Shown piece by piece: positions 28,021-36,350 of a stretch of DNA of 42,771 nucleotides (positions are counted from its first letter, which is position 1; every line of letters begins with the position of its first letter). Both the position numbers and the translations under genes were made by a program. Under the pieces are notes generated by a model. The model saw only the letters and a program-made list of their open reading frames with translations, did no database searches and was not told where the DNA came from. This stretch comes from a virus (taxonomy: Duplodnaviria; Heunggongvirae; Uroviricota; Caudoviricetes): IMG/VR virus record IMGVR_UViG_2563366830_000018. One strand, 5' to 3'.

Positions 28021-29016
28021 TCAGGCCAGCACGCCTATTGCCAGCGCACGATCGATAAAACGAAATATCAGCTCCAGCTGGGAGCCATACTTCTCTTCAA
28101 ATGCCACGGTATCCGCATGCAGCTCGTCGTGATGCTTTCTGCACAAAGGCAGCACGAAGAGGTCATGCGCTTTTGTACCCATTCCCCCCTGACCGTGGCC
28201 TATCAGGTGGTGGGGATCATCAGCAGGCTTTCCACAACATGCACACGGCTGCGTCTTAACCCAGCGCGTGTACTTTTCATTAACCCAGCGGCGACGTTTG
28301 GGGCGTAACATAAAAGACTCCGGCGACTCCGGATCCACTTTCAGCGCCAGCACCTTTTTCGCTTTATCCTGGATGATGCTGGTGGCAGGAACCGAAGGCA
28401 CAAGGTCACTTTCCCGGGTGACAGACGGCACAACAGGCTTCGGTAATCTCAGTGCCTTACGGGCTGCACTTTCCGGTAAGGCATCCGCCAGGTCATTACG
28501 AATCAGCCACCAGCACAGTTCCGGCATTGTCACAACGTGACTGTCATCAAAACCGAGATCCCGACGCACAACAGACAACACCCAGCGGGCACAGTTATCC
28601 GTTGCCATTGATTCCAGCCGTTCCGTGAACTGATCGCGCAGCTGGTTATCGCAGTGCCAGCACAGACGGATTGCACCCGGAGCGTGTCGCATTGTGGTCA
28701 TGTTCTCGCTGTGCCATCCGGAATGAGGCCACTGGCAGCCTTTTTCACGAAGTAACCAGCTTTCAAGACATTCCACGCCACCAGCACGACGGATCACTGC
28801 CTCATGGCGGAACACGGCCCGAACGGCAGGATCATCCGCCAGCGGTTGTGATGCCGCCGGAACGGCACCACTGGCGAAAGATGAATAACGCTCCGGCTCA
28901 GGCTCCAGCAGGACACGCCCCTGCATAAACAGGGGCATCAGCTCTGAACCTGGCCTGAACAATACGATCCCCATACGCGGGGCAATTTCAGGGGTCAGTA
29001 GTGCTCTCACAGTCAC
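28021..29016 (-). CDS. DUF968-like protein with C-terminal Cys/His-rich (HNH-like) motif
   Basis: 331-aa product; C-terminus WVKTQPCACCGKPADDPHHLIGHGQGG...CRKHHDELH; immediately upstream of Q. Confidence 0.55.
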   Translation of the reverse strand: MTVRALLTPEIAPRMGIVLFRPGSELMPLFMQGRVLLEPEPERYSSFASGAVPAASQPLADDPAVRAVFRHEAVIRRAGGVECLESWLLREKGCQWPHSGWHSENMTTMRHAPGAIRLCWHCDNQLRDQFTERLESMATDNCARWVLSVVRRDLGFDDSHVVTMPELCWWLIRNDLADALPESAARKALRLPKPVVPSVTRESDLVPSVPATSIIQDKAKKVLALKVDPESPESFMLRPKRRRWVNEKYTRWVKTQPCACCGKPADDPHHLIGHGQGGMGTKAHDLFVLPLCRKHHDELHADTVAFEEKYGSQLELIFRFIDRALAIGVLA

Positions 29017-29017
29017 C

Positions 29018-29845
29018 TCAATGAACGGTATCGAGCAGCTTTAACAGCTCAGGAAATCGGGATTCGAAGAAATGCGGCTGCGTCTCGCGCGGATTTGCAG
29101 GACTGGTGATGTTCTTGCCGAACATGCAGCCTTTCGCGGTCAGCGACCAGAATTTTTTGATGTTGTTAATCGCGGTACGGCTGTATCGTTCGCGTTGTTC
29201 AACGATCCCCAGCTTCGCCATCTGGTGATATGCCTGATTAGCCGTCAGGCGGATACCATACTGCTTCAGCAGTGCACTCAGCGACAGCGTAGGGCGGCTT
29301 GAACCATCTGGCGCATCAGCAGGTGCATCAATGGCATAGATCGGCATAAGTTCAGGAAGACCAGCTACCTTTGATAATTTCTGGTATGCACCAAGTTTCG
29401 AGGAGTTTGACAGATTTAGAGTCTTTGCTGCTGATTCAAGCAGAATGACCCCGGATTTAATTTTGTCGGATGTGGTTTCTTCTGGTGATGAATTATGAAG
29501 CGCATCAAAAGTACGTATCACTTTTAAGCTGAATGCCGGGCTGATCCACATTGCATATGCATAGACCAGCTCTTTACAGACATACGTCCCACCATTGCGC
29601 CCCTGAATGGTGATGACAGGAATACTACGGGAATCTCCCGTAGTTTCTTCTTCCAATAATTCCACAAGAGCCTTCGTTTCAGGACGACGCATAAACTCGT
29701 GAACTTCCAGCGAACGGGAGGAGCGATTCTCACCAGCGGCAAGAAGAGCAGCTTTCTGAAGGTCGTTAAGACAGTAGTTAGATTCGAAGTACTGGCGCAC
29801 AGAAACGCCATCAATTACAAGCAACTGATTCATTGGTTTCTCCAC
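29018..29845 (-). CDS. KilA-N domain protein (antirepressor-like)
   Basis: 275-aa product whose N-terminal roughly 100 aa resemble the KilA-N DNA-binding domain; nin-region position. Confidence 0.55.
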   Translation of the reverse strand: MEKPMNQLLVIDGVSVRQYFESNYCLNDLQKAALLAAGENRSSRSLEVHEFMRRPETKALVELLEEETTGDSRSIPVITIQGRNGGTYVCKELVYAYAMWISPAFSLKVIRTFDALHNSSPEETTSDKIKSGVILLESAAKTLNLSNSSKLGAYQKLSKVAGLPELMPIYAIDAPADAPDGSSRPTLSLSALLKQYGIRLTANQAYHQMAKLGIVEQRERYSRTAINNIKKFWSLTAKGCMFGKNITSPANPRETQPHFFESRFPELLKLLDTVH

Positions 29846-29995
29846 AAATTTTTATCCACGAGCGGGACTGCACTCCCTTTTCGTTGATGCAGGATGAACT
29901 TACTGCGATTTTTAATAGTTATCAAGGATACACTGTTCATAAATACAGTATCTTTAACGAGGTAATACCCAAATTTAGGGTGTTGCTCAATTCCG

Positions 29996-30391
29996 TTACC
30001 GAGTTGCTAATTTGCAACTCGCTTTTTCGTACTTACTGATAGTGATCTCGACCTTCCCCTCCGGGATAACCGGTCCCCACTCCACCAGCATTCTTTTCAC
30101 CTGACTGTCGTCTTCCCACACACCCGCGTGGGTCAGGGCGTCAAACAGCGCCTTGTTATAGTTGTCCAGATCGCGGATCCGGTTATCCGGAGGAAACAAC
30201 ACGATCTCCACTGAAGCAGGTGCCGACGTTGGTTTCGGCAGACGACGTAACTGCTCAACTATTGCTGCACACGCCGCGCTCTGGAATTTTCGCCCCGCCG
30301 CGCTTATCAGGCTCTTACCAGCAAACGCCCCTTTGTTGGGGTGTCGCCAGTACGTGTTCACGCTGGGCGGAAAAGGCAGTATTAGCTTCAT
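29996..30391 (-). CDS. rusA: Holliday junction resolvase RusA
   Basis: 131-aa product with RusA-like motifs (PPSVNTYW, RDLDNYNKALFDALTHAGVWEDDSQV). Confidence 0.85.
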   Translation of the reverse strand: MKLILPFPPSVNTYWRHPNKGAFAGKSLISAAGRKFQSAACAAIVEQLRRLPKPTSAPASVEIVLFPPDNRIRDLDNYNKALFDALTHAGVWEDDSQVKRMLVEWGPVIPEGKVEITISKYEKASCKLATR

Positions 30392-30714
30392 ACTTTCAGG
30401 CCCCTCTCATGTAACCAGTGGGTTGCACGCAGCCTTGCGTTTTCCTCACCGGCAAGCAGTGCGCGGATAATCCCGACCGCCTCGCTGTCGTCGTCCTTCA
30501 TCGCAGTATGAAGCGTTATCCCCCGGGCCACGCCACGCTTTATCGTGATGACGCCTTTTTTCTCCAGTGCGCGAAGATGCTCCACCGCTGCATTCACCGA
30601 ACGGTATCCCAGCATGGTTGCCACCTCCTGATTGGTTGGCGGGAAGCCACGTTCTTTCTGATAAGAAATCAGCATATCCAGCACCTGCTGCTGGCATTGA
30701 GTTAACGTCGTCAT
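30388..30714 (-). CDS. LexA N-terminal DNA-binding-domain-only protein
   Basis: 108-aa product similar to recalled LexA residues 1-70 (LTQCQQQVLDMLISYQKERGFPPTNQEVATMLGYRSVNAAVEHLRALEKKGVI); no S24 peptidase domain. Confidence 0.7.
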   Translation of the reverse strand: MTTLTQCQQQVLDMLISYQKERGFPPTNQEVATMLGYRSVNAAVEHLRALEKKGVITIKRGVARGITLHTAMKDDDSEAVGIIRALLAGEENARLRATHWLHERGLKV

Positions 30715-31364
30715 GCCGCCATCTCCCTGACCAGTTTTTCCGCCTGCTGGCGAACCTGCGCCAGAAACGCCTCACCACATGCCTCAAGTTCATCGCGCCC
30801 TATGTAGCTGATTGCCGGTCCCTTCCAGGTCTTGTCGAAAACAGCAATAGCACCAGCGAAGAAAGCACCTGTTGGCACCTGCTTTTCGTCTTTCGGGATA
30901 AACCAGGCAGGCAGTTCAAAACCAATACGCCCGCGAATAAAAGCAATATGATCTGCATCTTCCGGCCACCACACTTCGCTGGTGGCAGCTTTGATCAGGA
31001 AAACATAGCGCCCGCCTTTATCACGCATGGCACTGGCATGTTTCATGATGTAACGCATGCCGGTGATGTATTGCCCCTCATGCTGACTGGCGCGGCTGTA
31101 CGGGGGATTACCAAAGGCAGCACCTTTAAGCTCCGCAAGACGTTCAGACCAGTCATGCGCCAGCGCGTTGTCTTCCGCAGTGTAATACGCAGCACATTTG
31201 GCGTTATCACCGTCAGTGAACAGATCCAGAACAAACGGGCCAAACAGGGTGTTAATTCCCCAGAAAATGTTGTCCGGCGTGCGCCACTGATCGCCCACTT
31301 CCTTCAGTTCATGGGCTGGTTTGTTCCGCAGTTCCACCAGCGCCTGGCAATATTTATTACTCAT
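30711..31364 (-). CDS. Phage N6-adenine DNA methyltransferase (Dam-like)
   Basis: Contains a GNPPY motif (the (D/N)PPY catalytic signature); start taken at the in-frame ATG that overlaps the upstream stop. Confidence 0.7.
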   Translation of the reverse strand: MSNKYCQALVELRNKPAHELKEVGDQWRTPDNIFWGINTLFGPFVLDLFTDGDNAKCAAYYTAEDNALAHDWSERLAELKGAAFGNPPYSRASQHEGQYITGMRYIMKHASAMRDKGGRYVFLIKAATSEVWWPEDADHIAFIRGRIGFELPAWFIPKDEKQVPTGAFFAGAIAVFDKTWKGPAISYIGRDELEACGEAFLAQVRQQAEKLVREMAA

Positions 31365-31858
31365 TAAGCCCCCACGAAATTCCCTGACAGATACCACTCT
31401 TCACCCGATGCAGCGCGCTTGCTGCTTTTCCGTAAGCACCGCTCACGACGTGCCAGAAAATTGTTTCGTTCTGGCTGGGAGTGGCTTTCACGGAATGCCG
31501 CCATCCACACCGTTGCAGCACGACGGTATAAGCCCCTGGACTCCAGTTCTTCAGCCTGGCGGGTCAGGCACAAAATCACACGGGGATCGTTAGTGCCGAC
31601 ATAGAAATTGCGCACAGGTCTGGTTTCACGAACTGGTTGTGGTTCCGGATCCTGCGCTCTCTCAGTCAGGCGTGGGAAATGTCTGCGTGTATCTCCTTCA
31701 CAACGGTGAGCCACACGCCCACTCTGACGTAACTTGCTTGCTGACTGCAGAACGCGCTGCCGTGAGTAACCAGCAAAAGCATCCGCAATGTCTCCGGAAG
31801 TACAGCCCGGATGGGCTTCAATGAATTTCTGAACTTCATTCAAAAGACTCATGATCAC
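31364..31858 (-). CDS. Hypothetical winged-helix protein with PerC-like C-terminal motif
   Basis: 164-aa ORF; N-terminal wHTH-like region and C-terminal LESRGLYRRAATVWMAAF resembling the PerC family. Tentative. Confidence 0.45.
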   Translation of the reverse strand: MIMSLLNEVQKFIEAHPGCTSGDIADAFAGYSRQRVLQSASKLRQSGRVAHRCEGDTRRHFPRLTERAQDPEPQPVRETRPVRNFYVGTNDPRVILCLTRQAEELESRGLYRRAATVWMAAFRESHSQPERNNFLARRERCLRKSSKRAASGEEWYLSGNFVGA

Positions 31859-32673
31859 CCCCTGAATCCTTCCGGGATCTGGCTGTAGTCCACGTTGTCG
31901 TAACTGGCTTTGAAGTACGGGTCCTCGCGTCTGACTGCAGATACCGCAGGAACTTCCCAGGATTCTTCGAAATGACGATCCGGGCCAAAGAACGTGACAG
32001 CCTGTTTCACAAATTGTGTGCCGCTGTTACCCATCGCAGATACCCAGCCCGCGTAGCGTTTCACACCTTCCAGCATGGTTTCGGGGTTTACCCCCTCATT
32101 CAAACGGGCTTTCCAGGCTTTGAAGGCTGCAGATTTTGAATTGCCACCAGCACGTTTTGGATAGGCCAGCCATGCCTGCTCAAACTCCGGAGAGTATTCC
32201 GGTCGGTTTGAACGAACTCGCACAGACTCATCAGCAGATGCACCAACAGCTATTGGTTCATTGACTGGTTCTTTGACTGGTTCAAAAGAGTGACTGGTTC
32301 TGGGTGAATCTCCTGCACTACCCCCTGGTGCAACTCCTGCACTACCTGGTGAATTTGCTGCACCAGATAGTGAATTATTTGCACTACCCCCTAGTGAATC
32401 TCCTGCACCATCAAGATGAAGGAGATAGATATTACTTGAGTTACCTTTTTCACCTTTCCGGGTGACTTTTTTTACCAGCCCGGACTCACAAAGGGCCGCA
32501 ATATGATTCATCACAGAACGTTTGCTAATCTCGCACTGGTCAGCAATATGCTGGTAGCTGGGCCAGCACTCACCCTGATCGCTGGCATTATCAGCCAGCT
32601 TAATCAGAACCAGTTTTCGCAATGGATTTCCCACTCGAATTTTCATCGCTTTAACCATCAACTCCATACTCAT
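31855..32673 (-). CDS. Replication initiator (O-like, N-terminal winged helix), putative
   Basis: 272-aa product with N-terminal wHTH and a low-complexity linker encoded by direct DNA repeats (putative iterons), as in lambda O. Confidence 0.6.
   Translation of the reverse strand: MSMELMVKAMKIRVGNPLRKLVLIKLADNASDQGECWPSYQHIADQCEISKRSVMNHIAALCESGLVKKVTRKGEKGNSSNIYLLHLDGAGDSLGGSANNSLSGAANSPGSAGVAPGGSAGDSPRTSHSFEPVKEPVNEPIAVGASADESVRVRSNRPEYSPEFEQAWLAYPKRAGGNSKSAAFKAWKARLNEGVNPETMLEGVKRYAGWVSAMGNSGTQFVKQAVTFFGPDRHFEESWEVPAVSAVRREDPYFKASYDNVDYSQIPEGFRG
32250..32410. repeat. Direct repeats (putative ori iterons) inside the replication gene
   Basis: TGACTGGTTC three times and CTGCACTACC-type units three times within about 160 bp; approximate coordinates. 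Confidence 0.5.
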
Positions 32674-32894
32674 GCAGCACCTCCGAGATGCTTCATGTTT
32701 TTTCCGGAGCGAAAGGCTATAAGCGGCATACTGACGCGGTAATTACGGCCCAGCGGTTCACAAATCACCTTCTGACATTCACGGTCAACCAGGCTAACAC
32801 GTAGAACATGCCCTGCAGGCGTGGTGTACCACTGACCCGGACGAGGACAACGGAAAGTATGATTGGTAAACCGTTTGAAAATATTCCGGATCAT
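32670..32894 (-). CDS. Small hypothetical protein
   Basis: 74-aa ORF with 4-nt overlaps to both neighbours; no recognisable motif. Confidence 0.35.
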   Translation of the reverse strand: MIRNIFKRFTNHTFRCPRPGQWYTTPAGHVLRVSLVDRECQKVICEPLGRNYRVSMPLIAFRSGKNMKHLGGAA

Positions 32895-34051
32895 TTACGC
32901 CCCCTTACCTCTGAAGGGTTCAGCGACAAATTTATGAGACTGGCCAGTAGCGCCGCGTCGTTGATGCGGTCATACAGACTTACAGCCAGCGGGGATTCGG
33001 CTTTTGCCAACATGGGATAAAGCTGCTGCAGCCAGACCTTGTGGATTACCGACAGGTGGGAGTAAAGCACGCTGGCGTTATCTGCGGCATCGCTCAGCGT
33101 GGATGGCTTTGAAAGCAGTTTTTCCATCTGGTTAAAGGCATTGATGTATGCCTCTTTGAACCGGGCAGCACGTTTACCCGTGAAACCCATAGCAAGAAAC
33201 GCAAAACCGTCTCGTGTGATTTGATAGCAAAGGAGCTTGCGTGTACCACCGTTCGGTTGATTTACCGAAATCGATGTCTCCGCAAAATTGCGGGCACAAA
33301 ACTCAGGGGAACAATCCAGAGTGCGGATCTTTTTCAGCACATCGTCGTGACGCTTGGAGAAGAAGTTGGCAACAGCCAAAGAAGTGGTAACGGCCTGGCC
33401 GTTGTCAATGGTGATTTCAGGTTGAGTGAGGGCTGGGATCGTAGCCATGATGGCAGCCTCCGTTGACAGTGAAAAACTTCCACCACCGGAAACGCCAATT
33501 TCACTGGTGGTGAACTGGACGGGGTTGGCGTAACCGGCGTCAACGGAGACCGGCGCACCTTTCGGTGCCCCCGCCCAGCCCACCATAATCTGGATGTGAG
33601 CAAATGCGGACGATAAAAAAGACGCTGGCGCGTCATACATCGCCGTTGACAATTTCAGGACGCCAATCCCGGCACCCGCTTTATAAGGTGCCTGAACAGT
33701 GTAACGTCCCGGAATTGCAGAATCAATATGCTGGTGGTCCTTCACACTCAACAAAATCACGCCTGAATTTCCACAAAGGACTAAAGCACTCATGCGGGTA
33801 GTCTTTGCGAAGATAGATAACGCGCTGTGTTTCTGGCTCCCAACGAATAACATGGACATAAAGCCCTCTTCCGTCACGAAACCAGCGGTTAAGTTCCTGC
33901 ACAACTCGCCCCCCACAGTCAGGTAAAGTTCTCTGTGGTTACTTACAGCCAGGTGATTTGGTAATCTGCATTCATGCCGTAACAACAGGTGTTCAGCGAC
34001 GCTGACCACCAGCTGTTGCGACAAACGGTTATTTGCCGTTAAACTATTCAT
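32891..34051 (-). CDS. Rha-domain phage regulatory protein with about 200-aa N-terminal extension
   Basis: Central region (from MATIPALTQPEITIDNGQAV) resembles the Rha family. ATG at 34051 overlaps the upstream stop (ATGA); internal ATG at 33448 has SD GGAGG. Confidence 0.55.
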   Translation of the reverse strand: MNSLTANNRLSQQLVVSVAEHLLLRHECRLPNHLAVSNHRELYLTVGGELCRNLTAGFVTEEGFMSMLFVGSQKHSALSIFAKTTRMSALVLCGNSGVILLSVKDHQHIDSAIPGRYTVQAPYKAGAGIGVLKLSTAMYDAPASFLSSAFAHIQIMVGWAGAPKGAPVSVDAGYANPVQFTTSEIGVSGGGSFSLSTEAAIMATIPALTQPEITIDNGQAVTTSLAVANFFSKRHDDVLKKIRTLDCSPEFCARNFAETSISVNQPNGGTRKLLCYQITRDGFAFLAMGFTGKRAARFKEAYINAFNQMEKLLSKPSTLSDAADNASVLYSHLSVIHKVWLQQLYPMLAKAESPLAVSLYDRINDAALLASLINLSLNPSEVRGRK

Positions 34052-34605
34052 GCGTTAGTTTCTCCACAACCAGAAGCAATCGACGCCACGACGCCCGGAG
34101 CTGCACACTCGCGGGCGTTACTCTTTTCTGGAGCGCAGAAGATTTTGTAGACCAGTGCTGCATGCTCCTGGAGCTTCGAAATTGAAAGATACAGTTCGTC
34201 GTTAATTGCTGTCTTCTCATGCGGTTCCACTACACCGTCTTCGATTGCTGAACGAATCTGTCTGGAATAACTGCCGATCTGTTCAATGACTTCCAGCAGG
34301 CGCTGGTTTATATCGGCGTTCTCTACTGCCTCAATTTCAGGAAGCGATACGAACACCCCACCAGCAGACTGTGCGACAGCATCCGCAATGTAGTGAGTGC
34401 CAGCCGCACGCTGTAAAACCATTGCCCATCCCAGCGGGAAAATCTGATCGCCATCTGCACGAAGGCGGTTGAATAATGCGTTCTCTGTTACATCCAGCCA
34501 CTCAGCAGCTTCAGCGTAACCCCCCGGCAACGCCGCGATAGTTTTTCTGACAGCTTTCACGTACCACTCAGGCTGTTTTTCCACTTTCCAGTGATGATTA
34601 CCCAC
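34048..34605 (-). CDS. CII-like / YdaT-family regulator, putative
   Basis: 185-aa ORF immediately after the cro-like gene; HTH-like segment AAEWLDVTENALFNRL. Family assignment is tentative. Confidence 0.45.
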   Translation of the reverse strand: MGNHHWKVEKQPEWYVKAVRKTIAALPGGYAEAAEWLDVTENALFNRLRADGDQIFPLGWAMVLQRAAGTHYIADAVAQSAGGVFVSLPEIEAVENADINQRLLEVIEQIGSYSRQIRSAIEDGVVEPHEKTAINDELYLSISKLQEHAALVYKIFCAPEKSNARECAAPGVVASIASGCGETNA

Positions 34606-34858
34606 GGCTTACCTCCTGTTCCTGTGGTTTAAACCCATTCTGGTTTTGGCTAGATTGAAAACGTGCCGGATAAAGAATCTGCATTTCGCTGATTTCACCC
34701 TTAAAAAAATTGGCCAGACGTTCTGCAAGATCGATAGATGGAATTTGTTCCAGTCTTTCAATACGACTCAGCGTCGCTGGATTGACCTGAACGCCCGCAG
34801 CAACATGCTGCAAAGTAAATCCGTGCGCCTTACGCACATTCCGTAATGGTGATTGCAT
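34598..34858 (-). CDS. cro: Cro-like HTH (XRE family) repressor
   Basis: 86-aa product with HTH GFTLQHVAAGVQVNPATLSRIE, transcribed divergently from the cI-like gene. Confidence 0.8.
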   Translation of the reverse strand: MQSPLRNVRKAHGFTLQHVAAGVQVNPATLSRIERLEQIPSIDLAERLANFFKGEISEMQILYPARFQSSQNQNGFKPQEQEVSRG

Positions 34859-34872
34859 ATAACCTCCACATA

Positions 34873-34934
34873 TTGCGTGATGAGCATATTATTTCACGCA
34901 AATATTTTGCGCAAGTTGATTTGCTTAACGCGCA
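34873..34934. promoter_or_regulatory. Rightward operator region (OR-like)
   Basis: Inverted repeats TTGCGTGA / TCACGCAA, palindromic TTGCGCAA and TTGCTTAACGCGCAA (TTGC-N7-GCAA) between cro and cI. Confidence 0.6.
34885..34913 (-). promoter_or_regulatory. pR-like promoter for the cro-like gene
   Basis: On the minus strand, TTGCGC, 17-bp spacer, TAATAT, overlapping the operator repeats; strong SD GGAGG before cro. Confidence 0.55.
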
Positions 34935-34955
34935 ATAAAGAAATGTAATAAACGC

Positions 34956-35648
34956 ATGAACATAGGAAACCGAGTCAGACAACTTCGCCAGGCGAAGAAC
35001 ATGAAAATCGCCGATCTCGCTGAAGCAATAGGAGTGGATGCGGCGAATATCTCACGCCTGGAAACAGGTAAGCAGAAACAATTCACTGAACAAGCCCTGA
35101 GTAATATTGCCAGGAGCTTAGGTGTTGATATCGCTGATCTCTTTACCTCAGACGTCAAAAGTAATACTGTATGTAAAAACAGTATTGGTGAGGATGTTGC
35201 GCAGGTGAAGGATGTATTCCGTATTGAAATGCTGGATGTCAGTGCCAGTGCGGGAAATGGCCTTATCCAGGGCGGTGATGTCATTGATGTGATTCATGCC
35301 ATTGAATACAGAACTGATAATGCTGTATCGATGTTTGGCGGACGGCCAGCCAATCACATTAAAGTTATCAACGTTCGTGGGGACAGTATGTGTCCAACCA
35401 TTGAGCCAGGAGATCTCATCTTCGTTGATATCAGTATCAATCAGTTTGATGGGGATGGTATATATGTATTTGGTTTTGATGATAAAATTTACGTCAAACG
35501 ACTGCAAATGATACCTGATAAACTGCTGGTAATTTCTGATAATCAGATTTACCGCGAATGGGGAATTACCAGCGAAAACGAACATCGGTTTATGGTCTTT
35601 GGAAAGGTCTTAATCAGTCAGTCACAAACCCTTAAGCGACACAATTAA
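34956..35648 (+). CDS. cI: CI-like repressor (HTH plus S24 LexA-type peptidase domain)
   Basis: 230-aa product with N-terminal HTH (NMKIADLAEAIGVDAANISRLETGK), Ala-Gly site (SASAGNG) and Ser/Lys dyad context (GDSMCPTI, YVKRL). No SD upstream of the ATG. Confidence 0.88.
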   Translation: MNIGNRVRQLRQAKNMKIADLAEAIGVDAANISRLETGKQKQFTEQALSNIARSLGVDIADLFTSDVKSNTVCKNSIGEDVAQVKDVFRIEMLDVSASAGNGLIQGGDVIDVIHAIEYRTDNAVSMFGGRPANHIKVINVRGDSMCPTIEPGDLIFVDISINQFDGDGIYVFGFDDKIYVKRLQMIPDKLLVISDNQIYREWGITSENEHRFMVFGKVLISQSQTLKRHN

Positions 35649-35669
35649 CCCCTACCTCAACATCAATTA

Positions 35670-35690
35670 GCCACCAGAAGGTGGCTTTTC
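35670..35690 (+). terminator. Intrinsic terminator after the cI-like gene
   Basis: GCCACC-AGAA-GGTGGC hairpin followed by TTTTC. Confidence 0.6.
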
Positions 35691-35703
35691 ATTACCCACC
35701 AAA

Positions 35704-35756
35704 TTGCATATCTCGCAATAAAAACACTTGCATAATGCGCAACTTCATTTTATCTT
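35704..35756 (+). promoter_or_regulatory. Leftward operator/promoter region (OL/pL-like)
   Basis: Two 15-mers TTGCATATCTCGCAA and TTGCATAATGCGCAA 24 bp apart, same TTGC-N7-GCAA pattern as OR; candidate -35 TTGCAT and -10 TATCTT. Confidence 0.5.
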
Positions 35757-36149
35757 TCTTTCCAGACATACAAACAAGGTACTAACAAAATTTGGTTGTA
35801 ACACGGCGTATGGCACATGCGTCGTTAGCGGTCTGGTGACGTTAAAGGGGACAATCCACTCCTTGCTCGGGCAAACAAACCAGGTAGCCGGAATGTGCAA
35901 GTCAATGATGATGCTGATAAGACGCCTAACCAGCGTGGCGATCCGGTTTGACGCCTGGGAAGAGACCAGGGTGCAACGATGAGGGCATTTATGGAACCGC
36001 GACAAAGTGTGGTGCCGTAACTGGCTAAGTGCTCTCAGCGTTGTGGTAATCCGCGAAATGGCGCGGCGGTAAGTATGGCGGGGTTACTCTTTCCCCGTTG
36101 AGGACACCGGATTGTCAGGTTGACCATACGCCTGAGTGACAACCCCACC

Positions 36150-36213
36150 ACAACAGCCACTGCTTTGGCGGTACCAGTTTGTACCCTTGCTTCCGGCTGG
36201 TACCGCTCTTTTT
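36150..36213 (+). ncRNA. dicF: DicF-like small RNA candidate with intrinsic terminator
   Basis: TTTGGCGGTACCAGTTTGTACCC resembles the recalled DicF 5' half (TTTGGCGGTATCAGTTTTACTCC); 10-bp stem GCGGTACCAG/CTGGTACCGC then TCTTTTT. 5' end unknown. Confidence 0.45.
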
Positions 36214-36214
36214 A

Positions 36215-36301
36215 CAAAACAGAGAAGAGCATCACCGGACGACGGGCTCATAACCCAATCCATCCGGGCGGCTGTCACCGCAGGTGTTCTTCTCTGTTTT
36301 G
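36215..36301 (+). repeat. Perfect 14-bp inverted repeat flanking 59 nt
   Basis: CAAAACAGAGAAGA ... TCTTCTCTGTTTTG, between the DicF-like terminator and the next gene's RBS. Confidence 0.6.
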
Positions 36302-36350
36302 TGGAGAAACCAACCGACCTTGCAGGGTCGGTATGATGAGGAGCAGCAAA

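Noticed and set aside
32250-32410. Direct repeats in the replication gene as a CRISPR or mobile-element feature
   Set aside because: Their position inside an O-like initiator gene matches replication-origin iterons, and the units are too short and irregular for CRISPR.
35728-35982. 84-aa plus-strand ORF downstream of the pL-like operators as a possible N-like antiterminator
   Set aside because: It starts with TTG inside an operator, is not Arg-rich at its N-terminus and has no RBS.
36120-36350. N-terminal 77-codon extension of the track ORF 36120..36713
   Set aside because: It runs through the DicF-like terminator and the 14-bp inverted repeat with no RBS at 36120; the ATG at 36351 with GAGGAG is the credible start.
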